44,413 bases of DNA from Basidiobolus meristosporus CBS 931.73 (Eukaryota; Fungi; Basidiobolomycota), in the NCBI GenBank assembly GCA_002104905.1, contig MCFE01000695.1, positions 1 through 44,413 on the forward strand, written 5' to 3'. How positions within the stretch are numbered: position 1 is the first letter of the stretch; every line of letters starts with the position of its first letter. The position numbers were made by a program, and so were the translations under genes. The notes under the pieces are model-generated. The model worked only from the letters and a program-made list of their open reading frames with translations. It did no database searches and was not told the DNA's origin. Of the stretch, positions 12,883 to 25,731 are shown one piece after another.

Positions 12883-13380
12883 TCTCTGCTACGCTCAATA
12901 AACCTGAAAAAACCAGTTTCGTTTTTTCTCGACCACCATCCAACCTCCATAGAACTCTTTAATCAATTTGTGGTACATTGGCGGGAAGGCCTGAATCTTC
13001 GATGGAAGTGGGTTTCACTGGCCCTGTTGGGACGCCCATTGGAGGCAACCCACTCCCGGCACAAGCAATAGTGGATGGGCTTAGGCTTAGCGTGGCCTCC
13101 TCTTGAAGGGCGCTTAGCCATGATGCATGGCGTGTTGATTTCCAGGTAGTGCAGCATTCCATCATCTTCCATTTGGCCAAATATTTCCGTAGATCATTCT
13201 TGGTCACGAAATCTTGTGACCCGCATCTCAATATTTTTTTAGACATCCAAGCTGCCATGCTATTTTTTTTCCTTTTTCTCTCTTGCTCTTAAATCCCCAG
13301 CATATTAAGCCGATTTACTCTTTAACCTCGAACGCGTATCGTCATTACATAACTTGTCGTGTAGCACTTTACCTAACAAC

Positions 13381-14895
13381 ATGGGATTATTTGATGAAGT
13401 TTTGGGACTTAAGAAGGACCTGAAGAAGGCCATGGAGACCTCCAAGTTCTCGGTGAGCTTCGCAATCTAGACACTTTCTCTTTGTATTCTCTACCATACA
13501 CTTTGATTGGCCCCTGTTTCCCCACTGCCTTTGGTTGAAGTGCTCGTTCGGCTGGATTGCCACGGAGCTTCAGTCTGCTTGCCCATAGGCACTCTTCGAC
13601 CTTCCCCACGCCTTTCTGGTTTCCAGCCCCAAGCTACGCGACGCTGTGTGTGTGCTTAGCCTAAGCGGGGGTTGTGTGGTAGTAGAATACAAGAGAAATC
13701 TCGTTTAGTTTGCCCGTACTTACACCTTTTCTTGTACGTCGTGACTAACCCTACCCCTCCCCGTTGGTGGGCTATTTCTTGAACAGACCGCCATCGATGT
13801 TTTGAACAAGCTGCGCCAGATCCCGGCCAACGAGGACCTGTTAAAGGTTTTTCCTATCACCCGGTATCTTTGGACGAACACGTCAGTTCTAACGGTTTCC
13901 CTCGGGCTTTCTTTTTTTTTTAGAAAACCGAGGTTGGTTTGTTTGTGGGAAAACTTAGAAGTAACCCAAGTGCTGACGTTGCTAAAGCAGCTAAGGAGGT
14001 TGTGAAGAAGTGGAAGGATGATGTTGTAAATAAGAGCAAACAGGAAAAATCCTCCAAACCTTCCTCACCTGTCCACAAAAGACCCGTGGAGGAGAAGCCA
14101 AAGAGTGAGTATTTGCGTAACCCTGGTTTGGGCTCGACCGTTTCTAACTGAAGGATGGTCTTCTAGTTATCACCAAACCTGCTGCCTCCACCCCAACTTC
14201 CCAAAGATCTGCTAGTCCCAAAACTCCCAAGGATGATAAGGAAAGAACGGTGGCCACTGATAGAGTCACTCTCAAGTCCACCGGAAACAAGGCTAGAGAC
14301 AAGTGTGCTGAGATGATTTACGCCGCGCTTGCCACCAACAGCGATGCCGGTGGGTGTTCCTTCTTGGGTTTGGCTCGTTGTAATCTGACTGACATTCTAT
14401 TCCATTGCCAGACTCCGAAATTATCAGCGCCAAGGCCACCAACATCGAAAAGAACGTGTTCGGGGACTTCGAAGCGGTCGATTCCAAGTACAAGGCGAAG
14501 ATGAGATCTCTTTACTTGAACTTGAAGGACCGGAACAATCCAAGCTTGAGAGCAAGCGTTTTGGCTGGGGAGATTTCCGTCGAGAGGTTGTGTACCATGT
14601 CCACTGCAGATATGGCCTCGGAGGAGAGAAAGGCCCAAGACCGCGCGATCCAAGAGGAGAACCTCTTCAAAGCCCGCGGCGCGGGTCCTACTGCTGCCGA
14701 AACAGACGCTTTCAGATGTGGCAAGTGTGGTGGAAGAAAGTGCACCTACTTCCAAATGCAAACCAGATCTGCCGATGAACCTATGACTACATTTGTCACT
14801 TGCACAATATGTCAAAACAAGTGGAAGGTAACCCTCATTCTATTGCACGTGTCCTAAGGGTTTTGTTTAACATTGTTGTTGTGTAGTTCTGCTAA
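13381..14895 (+). CDS. DST1: Transcription elongation factor TFIIS, 6 exons
   Basis: N-terminal domain (KTEVGLFVGKLR, AKEVVKKWKDDV), central domain (RDKCAEMIYAAL, YKAKMRSLYLNLKDRNNPSLR) and Zn ribbon (FRCGKCGGRKCTYFQMQTRSADEPMTTFVTCTICQNKWK|FC*). Five GT-AG introns, the first at 13453-13786. Confidence 0.96.
13475..13698 (+). other. Long base-paired structure inside TFIIS intron 1
   Basis: TTTCTCTTTGTATTCTCTACCATACAC (13475-13501) is the near-perfect reverse complement of 13674-13698. Inner stem 13533-13543 pairs with 13589-13601. Confidence 0.7.
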
Positions 14896-15201
14896 GCCTG
14901 AGCCAATTGGGTTACTTGTGACCATCTTGATGAACCGTTGCCCCCTCCCCCCAAAACCATTGATTTACTGGCTATTATCGTAACGAATAGTCGGCTTATA
15001 GAAAGTGCCGAGAATCATAGCTGAACTTGGTTTTCAGAAGAAACTTTGGCTTTGTTTATACTTTGTGATACTCCTCTACTTTATTACTCTCGGTAAAATA
15101 AATCTTCACGAACATTGGGAATAATAGAGTAGGGAAACCATTTCATTAGTGCACAGAGAGGCGATCAAAATTGATGAATGGAGTCAAGACATTGGGAACA
15201 G

Positions 15202-15720
15202 TCAGCGTCTCTCCTCCTTGACAATAATCAATGGCATGGTCAAGTGGTGTGCGCAGTAGTCGCTAACACTCCCCAGCAGGGCCCGTTTAATGGTGCCCAG
15301 GCCACGAGACCCCATAATAACCAAGTCCGCCTTCACCTCAACGGATTTGCGCAGGATCTCATCTCTGGCATCGCCGCGCATCGCAAAGGCCTGGCTGAGG
15401 ATGTTCCTCTGTTTTAACAGTCGGGTGAACTCGATGAGTAGCTTGTGACTGCCATCGCGATATTGGTCTTCGACCGTGGTTGCGTAGCCGCCCATCTCTA
15501 CATAGCTGGTAGCGAAGTTGCCGCTGCTGGCATACAACGGACGCACATGAATGAGCACCACCATGTCGGTCTCTGGTCTCAGGAAATTTTCGATGGACCA
15601 GTTGATCGCGTATTTGCTGCTCGAAGACTCGTCTACCGGGATGAGAACTACACGGTTGGTTCTGGCGGTGTGTTCATCTTGGTGAACTATATGATCATCA
15701 GCGGCTGGGTCCGAGCTCAT
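15202..15720 (-). CDS. Universal stress protein (UspA) domain protein
   Basis: VVLIPVDESSSSKYAINW, VVLIHV, GDARDEIL, ADLVIMGSRGLGTIKRALLGSVSDYCAHH. Likely start is MSSDP at 15720. Confidence 0.92.
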   Translation of the reverse strand: MSSDPAADDHIVHQDEHTARTNRVVLIPVDESSSSKYAINWSIENFLRPETDMVVLIHVRPLYASSGNFATSYVEMGGYATTVEDQYRDGSHKLLIEFTRLLKQRNILSQAFAMRGDARDEILRKSVEVKADLVIMGSRGLGTIKRALLGSVSDYCAHHLTMPLIIVKEERR

Positions 15721-16245
15721 CAGGAACGGTCGAGTAAAATGGACTCCTATGTGCGTGTAGAGGCGTGCCTTTATCCCAATTTGGCCAGACAAGTGGATTG
15801 CAATTGGATTTGACAGAAGTATCCTGCGTTGCGATGGTGCCTATGGCAACAGCTGGATGAACATTTATCACCTCCAGCCCTTGAGTGGCTCTCACAGCGA
15901 TTTGCGAACACATTCAGATCCCAATCACTAGCGATCGAGAGCCGATTCCTGGCAAGCGCATGTTTCTGAGGGAGCAGCGTCGTTGCCCTCTGTGGTAGGC
16001 CACAATTCGCCTAGTGATTTCCAAGGGGTATGGCTGCGCAATCATGCGCGAGGGCTGATGATGGTTGGTCCGGTTTGTTCCTGATGAGGGGTAGACAAAC
16101 GGGCTTCGCATAGATGTGCATGTTGACCAAAAATAGATCTGTTTATTATACATTCAATGGAGGTCCAGTTACTCCACTGGACACGCCGTGAAGGTGGTGG
16201 TGAAGAATTTTGAAAACATAATTAGACAATTAGTGTAGTGCATGG

Positions 16246-17938
16246 TTACATCTTGGCGCCGAACGCCTTGGCCACCTTGAGGCTTTGTCTCATTCCCAGG
16301 TCAAGCATGATCTCCTCGGAGCCGCCTGGGATAGCATATGCTCGCACTTCACGGTACAGGCGCTCAATCTTTTCGCCTTGACCACCGCGGCTGTATGCAA
16401 GGCCGCCGAAAATTTGTGCAGCCTCGCGCGCGCAAAACTCGAATGTTTGTGTACTCTGGGCCTTGAGAAGGGCAATGGGGCCGCCAAGAGCAACCATCTG
16501 CATATCCTTGGGCATCTCCCGGGTCATGTTGATCAAGGACTCCATCCATGCGTGAACCGCCTCGATCTTTCCGGCCATTCTGGCACATTTGTCGCGGATC
16601 ACTGGGTGGTCGATGAGTTTCTTACCGAAGGTCTTGCGCTTGTTCGCGTATTTGATGGACTCTTCCAGACAAACACGGGAGAATCTGGATGCTTGGATGG
16701 CGATGCCCATCCGTTCGTGGTTGAAATTGTACATGATATACTTGAATCCCTTGTTTTCCTTCCCGATGAGGTGACTCTTGGGAACCTTGACATCCTCAAA
16801 GGTTATGTACGAGGTGCCGGAGCTCCAGACTCCAGAGCAGAGCATTTGTCTAGTGGTGACACCTGGCATTGAGCGCTCGATAAGCAGCAATGATACTCCC
16901 CCCATCCCCTCGCCGCCAGTTCTAACCGCAACGGTGAAGTAGTCAGCCCAGACTCCGTTTGTGATCCACTTCTTCTCGCCGTTGACGATGTAGTGCTCAC
17001 CGTCGTCGCTTAGCTTGGCCTCGCAACGGATGCTCGCCACATCACTGCCGGCATAGGGTTCGGTAATTGCAAGGCAAATGAACTTCTCTCCGGCCAAGCA
17101 GCCTGGTGCTACCCTACGCTTCAGCTCATCGGAGGCAAAGTTCAGGATAGGTGGAAGGCCAATGCCCAAGCCGCCCATGATGCCCCAGAGGACCCCGCCA
17201 CTGCCACATCTGGCCATCTCATCACAGATAATGAACTCGTGGAATGCATCAAACTCCTCTGGACTGACGTCGCCGATGATGTTCTTTGTGCAGGCAAACT
17301 CACTTGGGTAAGGGTGGCCAACCACGCCGCCAAGAATCCCTGCTTTGGCAAGCTTCGTGTACAGCTCCTTGGGAATGGATTTTGCCTCATCCCATTCATG
17401 GGCGAAGGGCATGATCTCCTTGTCAACAAACTCGCGAACCGCTGCTCTGAGGCGCTTGTGACTGTCGTTGTAGTAGGGACTGGGCGAATAGTACCAGGAA
17501 GGATCGCCGAAGGGAACCAGCTCACCGAAGTACTCCGGATTCATTTCGGTGGAGGCGGCAGGCTTCTTGGTGCCGGAAGCCTCACCAATGCTCCCGACAA
17601 GAAGCTTGGGGCCCCACTGGTCAAGGATGGCCTTGTTGTGGAAGTTGTCGAACTGCTTGGAGGCATCGGTGCCCGCCACACGGATTAGAACCTAATGAGA
17701 AGCATGTCAGCGTCAACATCCAGCTTGTGGAGACACCTGGGCTGCAGATACCTTCTTGCCACCGGGGTGCTCGCCCAGGAATTTGCTAACGTCATAAACC
17801 TGCAAAAGACGCGGGGAATCAGTACTGTGCACGGGATGATCGGATGCAGCTGTGCTGTACCTGGCCATGGACAATGATCCAGCAGTCATTCTCACTGTTA
17901 TGCTTCTGAACCTCCTGAATGGTGAAGGATTTGCTCAT
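16246..17938 (-). CDS. Acyl-CoA dehydrogenase with N-terminal cytochrome b5-like domain, 3 exons
   Basis: MSKSFTIQEVQKHNSENDCWIIVHGQ|VYDVSKFLGEHPGGKK|VLIRVAGTDAS (b5), then ACAD motifs CLAITEPYAGSDVA, NGEKKWITNG, FNHER and AYAIPGGSEEIM. Confidence 0.95.
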
Positions 17939-20333
17939 GTTGGCTATAGTTGATGAGTGGGGTGGCAGGGTGGAAGAGATGGAATTAGTTGCTTGACCAG
18001 GGAAGGTCAGGCCGGATTAAATATAGCGTCATGAATTAACTGGCTGGAATTGCTACCTCACGTGAAGAACTGGGCATTCGTTCGGTATCATAGGGTGTGT
18101 GTGGAATTGTTGTGGGGAACCGAAGCATTTCACGTGAGGATCATACTAATCGATCAAGAGTTCTCAGGGCATTAACTGACAGAGCAACAATCGATGGGAA
18201 TATATTGGTAGGCTTTCAGGTGGACAGCCATCAGTCCAAAACAATCACGGTGACAGCGTGGAGTATTACGAGGGGTGAGATCCAGGCGAGCCTGTCATAT
18301 ATCTGAGCTACAATGGTGGAAATCGCTGGCATGATGGGACGTAAGCTTTCGACTGTCACGAAGTGTTGCTGAGGAGACATATGGGCCGCGGTTGGTCGTG
18401 TTGGTGCAGCATGGTGTTCTTCCCTCTGACCAGTGTCGAAGAGAAGTCGCCCCGCTGCCTCATGATCGTATTGCTGCCAAGTCGGACGAAAGCCATGTCC
18501 ACCGTATGCCAGCGGAGATGACCATTACTAATGGTCATTGTCGGTGGTGACCGCACATCCGGTTAGTGAGAGGGTTCATTGAGAGGGGTGAGTTCAGTAG
18601 TGCTAGGTTGCTGTGTAGCCAATCAATACCCAGAGCCTGAATCATATGAAAATCAGTGAGATTGGAACGCTGCAACGGATTAGAGTTGCGTCACAGCTGC
18701 CCTTATTACGCTTATTGGCCTAATCATGTGTTGTGTTTGTTTCCTGATGAAAATCGTTAGAGCACGCTTGAAGGTCACCGGGACACTCATTAGGCTGACC
18801 ATTTAAGCTGACTAAACAGAAACCAGGTGTCTTAAATCTCAGGCAATTAATGGATCACATCGTGATTGATGGTATTGCTGTCCAATAATCCTAGATCAGG
18901 CCAATCATCTGGAGATGCGTATTTCATGATACAAATACCCAAATCACCTTACAACACACTCTATGTCCAGACTTAACACAGATCAACCGCTGAATGCCCC
19001 GATTCCCATCAATGTTCGGTTGTTTGGGAAATAAGCAAGCAAGAATCGCTGTGCCGCACATTGGTGTTTCGAGCGTAGAGGCACGTTGTGCCTGTTTTTG
19101 CAGGGTCATGTGTTATACCCAGAATTTGGTAGAAGCCATTAAGGTTGCCATCAATGAATCGATCATGGTGGAAACCTACAAAGATTCTTTTTTTTTGTAT
19201 TAGACACTTCGATTATTGTATAGTGTAGTTTTTCCATTCATATCCCGGCCAACCTATGTGGCCGATACTTTTCAGTGACTCTATATGGCTTCATTGAACT
19301 AGTCAATTTGTGATGCAGAGCTCAAATGCAGCGATTAATACTTGGTGTTACAAACTACCATGTAACCAAATGTACCAAAGGTAGCATGGCCAGCAAATTA
19401 AATGGCTTGTTGCAGATACTGCTTGTTGCAAACAATTAGTTTGACTCATGGCCATTTGATATCATACTTTTTTCAACATCTGACTGATACTATATACATG
19501 CTTCTTCCCATAAGCTTCTTTGCTCTATAAACTTCCATACTTTGACTCCATCTTCTAAATGAAATGGGAACATTGGAAGAGAATCGGAATATTTAGGTGT
19601 AACTGCAAAATCCATAATATATGGCGCATGATTGCTTTGCCAAGACCATATAAATGTGATATTTGCACATTTATGTTCAATGAATCATTATACAAAAGCT
19701 ACATAATCTACTTATCCTTGAAATCAGTTCTCATATTTCCAACGATTCTACAACAGAAGCAACTCTAGTGGAAAAACCTTAGCCTGTCAAATCAGTAACA
19801 AAACTATCAGTACTTGGAGCTCTCTGAAAGCCTGTATTCCCCTGTAAAATGCATGGTAGACAGCTTGACACCTGTAATACTAATTGTAGCAAGATTCTAG
19901 GCAGTGCCAAAAGCAATCTTGTCAGCTAAAAAGTCCCAAAAGTAGTGTGCATAATTTGAGCACTCTTGTATGAGCTCAAATATCCTGATTACTTCCAGGT
20001 CTTGACTAATTTAAGGAGCAAGACAACTAAATCTTGAGTGAATAAGCAATAAATTTGCCACAGGCTAAATAAAGCTTTATGACATATAAACAGCTTAGAT
20101 GCTAAATATTTGCAACACCAATTTTAAATGAAAGCAAATCCACTAGATGATTCCAATGCTGGAAATCCAATGGTACAATATCATGGAACTAGCAAGGACA
20201 CCATATTCTGGCACTTGATATTACATGAATGTATTGTGTGATTGTCTATGAAGCCACAAGATATGTTCTATAGGCTTTTATTACCTCTTGGATGCTCATA
20301 ATACTAAGGGACTTCCCTGACACATGCCCATAC

Positions 20334-20681
20334 TGTTATAAATTTTGCAATTACACCTAAATATTAACCTAACTTGATTACTTTGATAAAATATCTACTG
20401 ATTTAGAGAATTCTGACCCAATTCTTTGATGGGACTTACTCAGAATATTCTTGCCAAAGTATCAGGCACTCGGATTGTACTACATGTTGAAGTAGTCCAA
20501 ACACCTCCATGCTTTACACAAATGCTTCTGTGACCTTCCTAAGTATATTCCACCTATTTGTATTGCCAAGGCCTTGTCAAAGTAAAAACACTACTTTTAC
20601 AATCAATAAATCATTAAGTGAAAACCACATAATCTGCTTGTCCTCCCAATCCCTGTGATATCTCCCAAAACTCTAACAGCA
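20334..20681 (+). mobile_element. Diverged solo LTR related to the copia LTR at 29195-29543, in the opposite orientation
   Basis: Its reverse complement aligns end to end with the 349-bp copia LTR, sharing GATTATGTGGTTTTCACTTAATGATTTATTGATTGTA and CAAGTTAGGT.AATATTTAGGTG. It has TG...CA ends and is 348 bp. No TSD is visible. Confidence 0.85.
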
Positions 20682-21884
20682 GATGTTTCATTGGCAAACC
20701 ACTGATCAAAAGTAGAATAGCTATTAGAATTTCTAAAGCATTTTCAGTAACTCCTGAAGCAGTGTAATACAATCCACTTTATTTACCCAAAAGATAACTA
20801 TAGAGTGAATGAGGCAAGACTCTCGGGAATGTCCAGAGACTGCTGCTAATGCATTCTTGGCAAACAATCCAATAGAAAGATTTAGGGGAGAACCTGTGAG
20901 CATATTAGTAAATCACAGAATATCTTGATCTGTACGCATGTCAGCATATCAGTTAAGGAGCTGGTAGGAGAGTTATCACACCAAAGACATTACTACCAAA
21001 CCTAGGAGACAACGTCCTGGACTACAATTGATGATCAGGAATGTTCAGTGCACAACCCACATATTAATTTGAGATAATTGATATAAGGTCGGAAATACTT
21101 GGGATTGTATAAGTATTTTGCATGTTAAATCCAAAAACCTCAATAAAACCTCTCCAAATATTCTGCTTCAGGTGATTTGGGGTTTCCAATGCACCGGGAT
21201 TGTAGACAGTCTTGGTCTAGGGAGTAACAGCCATGCTTGTTCCTTGAATGGGGATTCAATATCGCAATACATATTTACGACAAAGCAAACATCGGGATTA
21301 AAGCAGCATCATCCCGGGAATCCTTGACACGTATGATAAGTGGAAAGAAATGGCCACACCCGCCAAACCATTGGCTTTTCTCATGTGATACAACAAATTG
21401 AGTGTCAAGGGAAACAACCACCGTACGTAATTGTATTTTCACGTTGTATTGGTTCCTGGCTGTTAGATCTCAGCTAAATACCGTACGAGAGTATGGATAT
21501 TCAAAATATCTTCAGATTTTTGTTGTTAGATATAGGGCGACTGGACATGGTTGCTGATTATTTTATCAAACACTTATATACTAGATGCTATACACACCTG
21601 GGAGGACTAGTGTTGAATTGATGCGACGAGTAGCGCCGATGTTACCATACGTTTGCTTAGTCAATCTTCCCTGTAGGATTGAGTATGCGCACTTTGACAT
21701 TTAGCGACATTCTCATGGTTTGGTGAACAAGTCCTTCGGTTTGACATGTCAACTTGCAAAAAGGTTCCATGCGATATATCAATGTGTGATCCTGGCATCT
21801 AAAGGATGCTCTAGATCAGAGTTGTAGCTGTAATTTTGTCAACAAAGAACATTCTCGCTCATCATTTAGTTCATTGATTCGTGC

Positions 21885-22046
21885 TTATCTGCCCAATATG
21901 GGCCCGGTTCTTACTTCGCTATCTTCCCAATATGGATACGATTCTGATTTTGTAAAGGCAACTCATTCTTATCTGCTTAGTGCAAGCTTTATTTTTCATT
22001 CGTTATCTTCCTGATTTGGATGGAGTTTGTTCGTATCTTCCCAATG
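21885..22046. promoter_or_regulatory. Cluster of TATCT(G/T)C motifs upstream of the MFS gene
   Basis: Five TATCT cores, three of them as TATCTKCCCAAT, within about 160 bp. Confidence 0.35.
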
Positions 22047-22181
22047 TAAGCATAGCGCAGATATCCTCTACTTCCTGGTTTGGTCGTCTAAACATAGATC
22101 GCAAGGGTAAAATTTTGTCGATTGAGGGGAACTATAAAGGCGTTCGGTTTTCCATGTTGAATTTTTCCTACGAACAATCTA

Positions 22182-23789
22182 ATGTCGTTGCCAAGCACCG
22201 CCCATATCGTAATCAATAAACCCATCGGCAGCTCCCTCGAGCAACAGCCTCAAAAAGAGCTGCCAATCACCGAGACAGTTGCAGAAGTGCCTTATTCTGT
22301 ATTCTCTCGTAACAAGAAGCTGACTATCGTTTTGATTTGCTGTTTCACCGGTATTATGTCGCCACTGTCTAGCAACATATACTTTCCTGCATTGGATACC
22401 ATTCAAAAGGTATGTTTACAGCTAGCAGCAAGGGAGGAATGTTCTTGTTCTAATCATTGCCCATAACAGGATATGAACACCACGACAGAACTTGTCAACT
22501 TGACAGTGACTGTCTACATGATCTTTCAGGGATTGTCTCCTTCCCTGTGGGGATCATTGGCTGATATTTGGGGACGTCGTCCCGTCTATCTAGCCACCCT
22601 CTTGGTCTATGTAGGGTCTTGTGTTGGTCTAGGACTAACTCCCAATTTTACTGCGTTGCTGATTCTTCGGATGTTGCAAGCATGCGGCTCCAGTTCAGTG
22701 ATTGCTATTGGGGCAGGTGTAGTGGGTGACATTGCTGCACCTTCAGAGCGGGGTGGCTACTTTGGGATTTTCTCCCTGGGCCAAATGCTAGGATTAGTTA
22801 TTGGCCCCGTGCTTGGTGGCATCATCGCAGAATATCTAACATGGCGGTGGATATTCTGGATCCTACTCATCATCGGTGCATGCTTTCTTGCAAGCATCTT
22901 CTTCTTGCTTCCCGAGACTCTTCGTAGTCTTGTGGGAAATGGTTCAGGATACGCTAACCCTACGCCTGCTCAATGGTGGCAACGCCGTAAGGCAAAGAAA
23001 TGTAGCCATCTACAAATTGACGGGGATGGGAAGAAGAGTAAGAGCAGATTTCTTCAAATCCCCAATCTGAGTCAGCCATTCTTGTTTCTGCTAGAAAAAG
23101 ATGTGATTGTTGCCTTGATTTATAATGGCATTCATTATGCCACTTACTATTGCTATCTGACATCAACCACTAGTCAATTTACGAAAATTTATAGTTTAAG
23201 TGAAATTCACATTGGCCTATGCTTCCTGTGTCAGGGTGTGGGCTGCATCCTGGGTAGCTACTTCCAGGGCAAATTACTTGACCACAACTTCAAGACTACT
23301 GCTATCAAGTCTGGCTTTGGTGAGGCCAGACGTGGCAATTTGCCTCCCAACTTTCCAATTTTTCGCGCTCGCCTGCGTTCATTGTGGATCAATGTAATCC
23401 CAATTCAAGTAATCACTTTACTATACGGGTGGATGCTTCACATCCGTGCTCCTTTGGCTGTAGTGTTGATGCTGCAGTTCTTCATGGGTGCTGCTAGCAC
23501 GTCTATGATGAATGTCTTCCAGACATTGGTGGTAGATTTGTTTCCTAGCAAAAGCGCCAGTATTACAGCTACAAATAATTTTGTACGCTGTCTATTGGGT
23601 GCAACAGCTACTGTTACTATTGAGCCCGGTATTCGAGGCGTTGGTGTGGGTTGGATTTTCACTATTGTGGGCTTGATATGTATTGTCTCCAATTTGCTCA
23701 TAATTGTACTACTCAAGTTTGGCAATCAGTGGAGACAAGAGCGGATGGCAAGACTAGCAAAGCAAGTAGACAGGGATGCTCAAAGCTAG
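22182..23789 (+). CDS. MFS drug:H+ antiporter (DHA1, QDR-like). Exons 22182-22409 and 22470-23789
   Basis: PLSSNIYFPAL, FQGLSPSLWGSLADIWGRRPVY, GPVLGG, WRWIFWIL, LPETLR. 60-nt intron GTATGT...TAACAG. Confidence 0.94.
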
Positions 23790-24054
23790 ATAATGCAAGC
23801 CCATAGACTTATGTATTCTTTTAGTATAGATCTGTATATTTTGACATAGACATCTCAATGTACTGACAACTAGGAATAATAAATGTAATTGCATTTCGCA
23901 GAGCTCACTCAGTTGAAACCAGAACCTTTACACCAACGTAATTAAATCTTTCCCATGAATACCCATGAAACATCGCATACTTGGAGTTCATTTTATATTC
24001 TGGTGGTATTATGCTGGTGTTTTTCTTCAATTTGTTAGCTGTAAATTATTGTTG

Positions 24055-25680
24055 AAGCAGTGGGTAGCTTCTTACCAAATTTGGTAAGAAGGTTGTTCAC
24101 CAAGGTTCACTATGTAGATCCTCAAGAGCCACTATTTGCTACACTGGCGGAGGAGTTCATCAAGCTTCCGAAGCAATTCTACGGCGAAAACGTTACTGAC
24201 CACTACATTCTGGATCTTTATAATGAATTGTTACCAGCCTCTTCAGATAAGCAATACTTGAAATCCACCACCAAGGCTGTCGTGCACGCACTCAGAAAGG
24301 CCGACAAGAACGCTGTTTGGGTGATGCAGAGTTGATTCTTGACCAGCACTCAGTTCTGGACTCCGGGTGTTACCAAGTCGTTCTTGGATGGGATCTGGGA
24401 GACTGAGGGCAAGGCGTTTGTCATCGATCTTTATTCTGAGGAATTGCTGCAGTGGAAGTATACAGATGGTTACTACGGCATGGATTGGGGATGGAGCATG
24501 TAAGTTATCGGTCGATGGGTGATTTCGGGTCCACTAATGAAAGTCTCCTAGGATCGACAATTTTGCTGGCGGACAAGGAATCTTCGGGGTTCCTCCCACC
24601 GTGTTGGCTGAGCCATTTGCTGGGTACCATCATTCCGCAAAGAGCATGAGGGGAATGGGGGTCACGCCTGACGGGACTAACACCAATGAATTCCTGTACC
24701 ACATAGTAACTGATATCGCTTGGAAGGATCCTAATCAGCCTTTGAGCGGTAAACCATTGGTAGACCAGTTCATCCAGCGGCGCCACGGTCCCAAACAAAC
24801 TACCCCGTTGATGTTGGAGGCCTGGGACCAGATCTCCAAGTCCTTGTGGAACATCACTGGAGAGCCTGACCGGTAAAGCTAAATCATATCTGGACCTCAG
24901 CCCGAAGTTAGATATGGTGGCATATGGATCGAGACCAAGAGGGAGGAAGCGCTCATACCGCTGTTCAGCAGGGGCTGGATGAACTTGCTCAAGAGGACTC
25001 GTTGCTAGAGCTGACTCTAGGATCGAAAGCCAATAATGCATCAACCGGGCTCCGCTTCGATATAATTGACGTGACTCAAGAGGTTTTGTTAAATACAGTA
25101 TTGCCAACATTGCAAAAGGAATTGGTCAAAGGATTTAACCAGACTGATGTGCCTCGGATTACCCTCTATGGCAGTCTAATAGAGGCATTGATACTAGATA
25201 CCAACAGGTTGCTCTCAACGCACACTCAGTCCCACCCTGGTAAATGGTTGGGCTACGCAAAGGCCACGGCCAAGAACATGAAGGTGACTGCCGGTGAGCA
25301 ATTCATCACTCAACAAGTTACTTGGAATTCCAGGCGTGTAACCAAATCACTTGGTGGGGTCCAGCTTCTCATGGAGCCTTAGCCAACTATGCTCCCAAAC
25401 ACTGGGCTGGGCTTGTCAAGACATGCCATCTTCCTAGATGGCAGCATTTCTCAAAGTCCTTGCTACAGGTTGCTCGTGCAATGGCAAGGCCTATGACCAA
25501 GATAGGTTCAATGCCGAGGTTGCTGCATTAGAGAGCAAATGGCAGTATGGTACATGGGGGCGAAACAAAGGGGAGACATGGGACCCTTTACCGCAGGATG
25601 ATATGGTTGTGGTAGCACAGGGAATTTTTGGTAGATGGGGTAAACTGGCTACCAATATTTCCCAAAATAAATCTGCCTAA
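24055..25680 (+). pseudogene. Alpha-N-acetylglucosaminidase (GH89/NAGLU) remnant lacking the N-terminus
   Basis: VDPQEPLF, HYILDLYNE..P, AVWVMQS*F (TGA at a conserved W), VIDLYSE, NFAGGQG, GMGVTPDG..TNEFLY, FDIIDVTQEVL, QITWWGP, NYAPKHWAGLV. Also several frameshifts. Confidence 0.8.
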
Positions 25681-25731
25681 AGCATTTTGTCAATAAAACC
25701 TGGAATACTCCATTATTAGTCATAAAAATGT

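Noticed and set aside
13745-13753. CTAACCCTA in TFIIS intron 1, resembling a telomerase RNA template
   Set aside because: It coincides with the ACTAAC branch point about 40 nt before the 3' splice site and lies outside the structured domain.
16285-17688. Long + strand ORFs (195 and 149 aa)
   Set aside because: Antisense shadows of the acyl-CoA dehydrogenase gene.
18356-18556. DMAFVRL...PRPICL, faintly trypsin-like
   Set aside because: No catalytic His or Ser motifs nearby and wrong spacing. Insufficient support.
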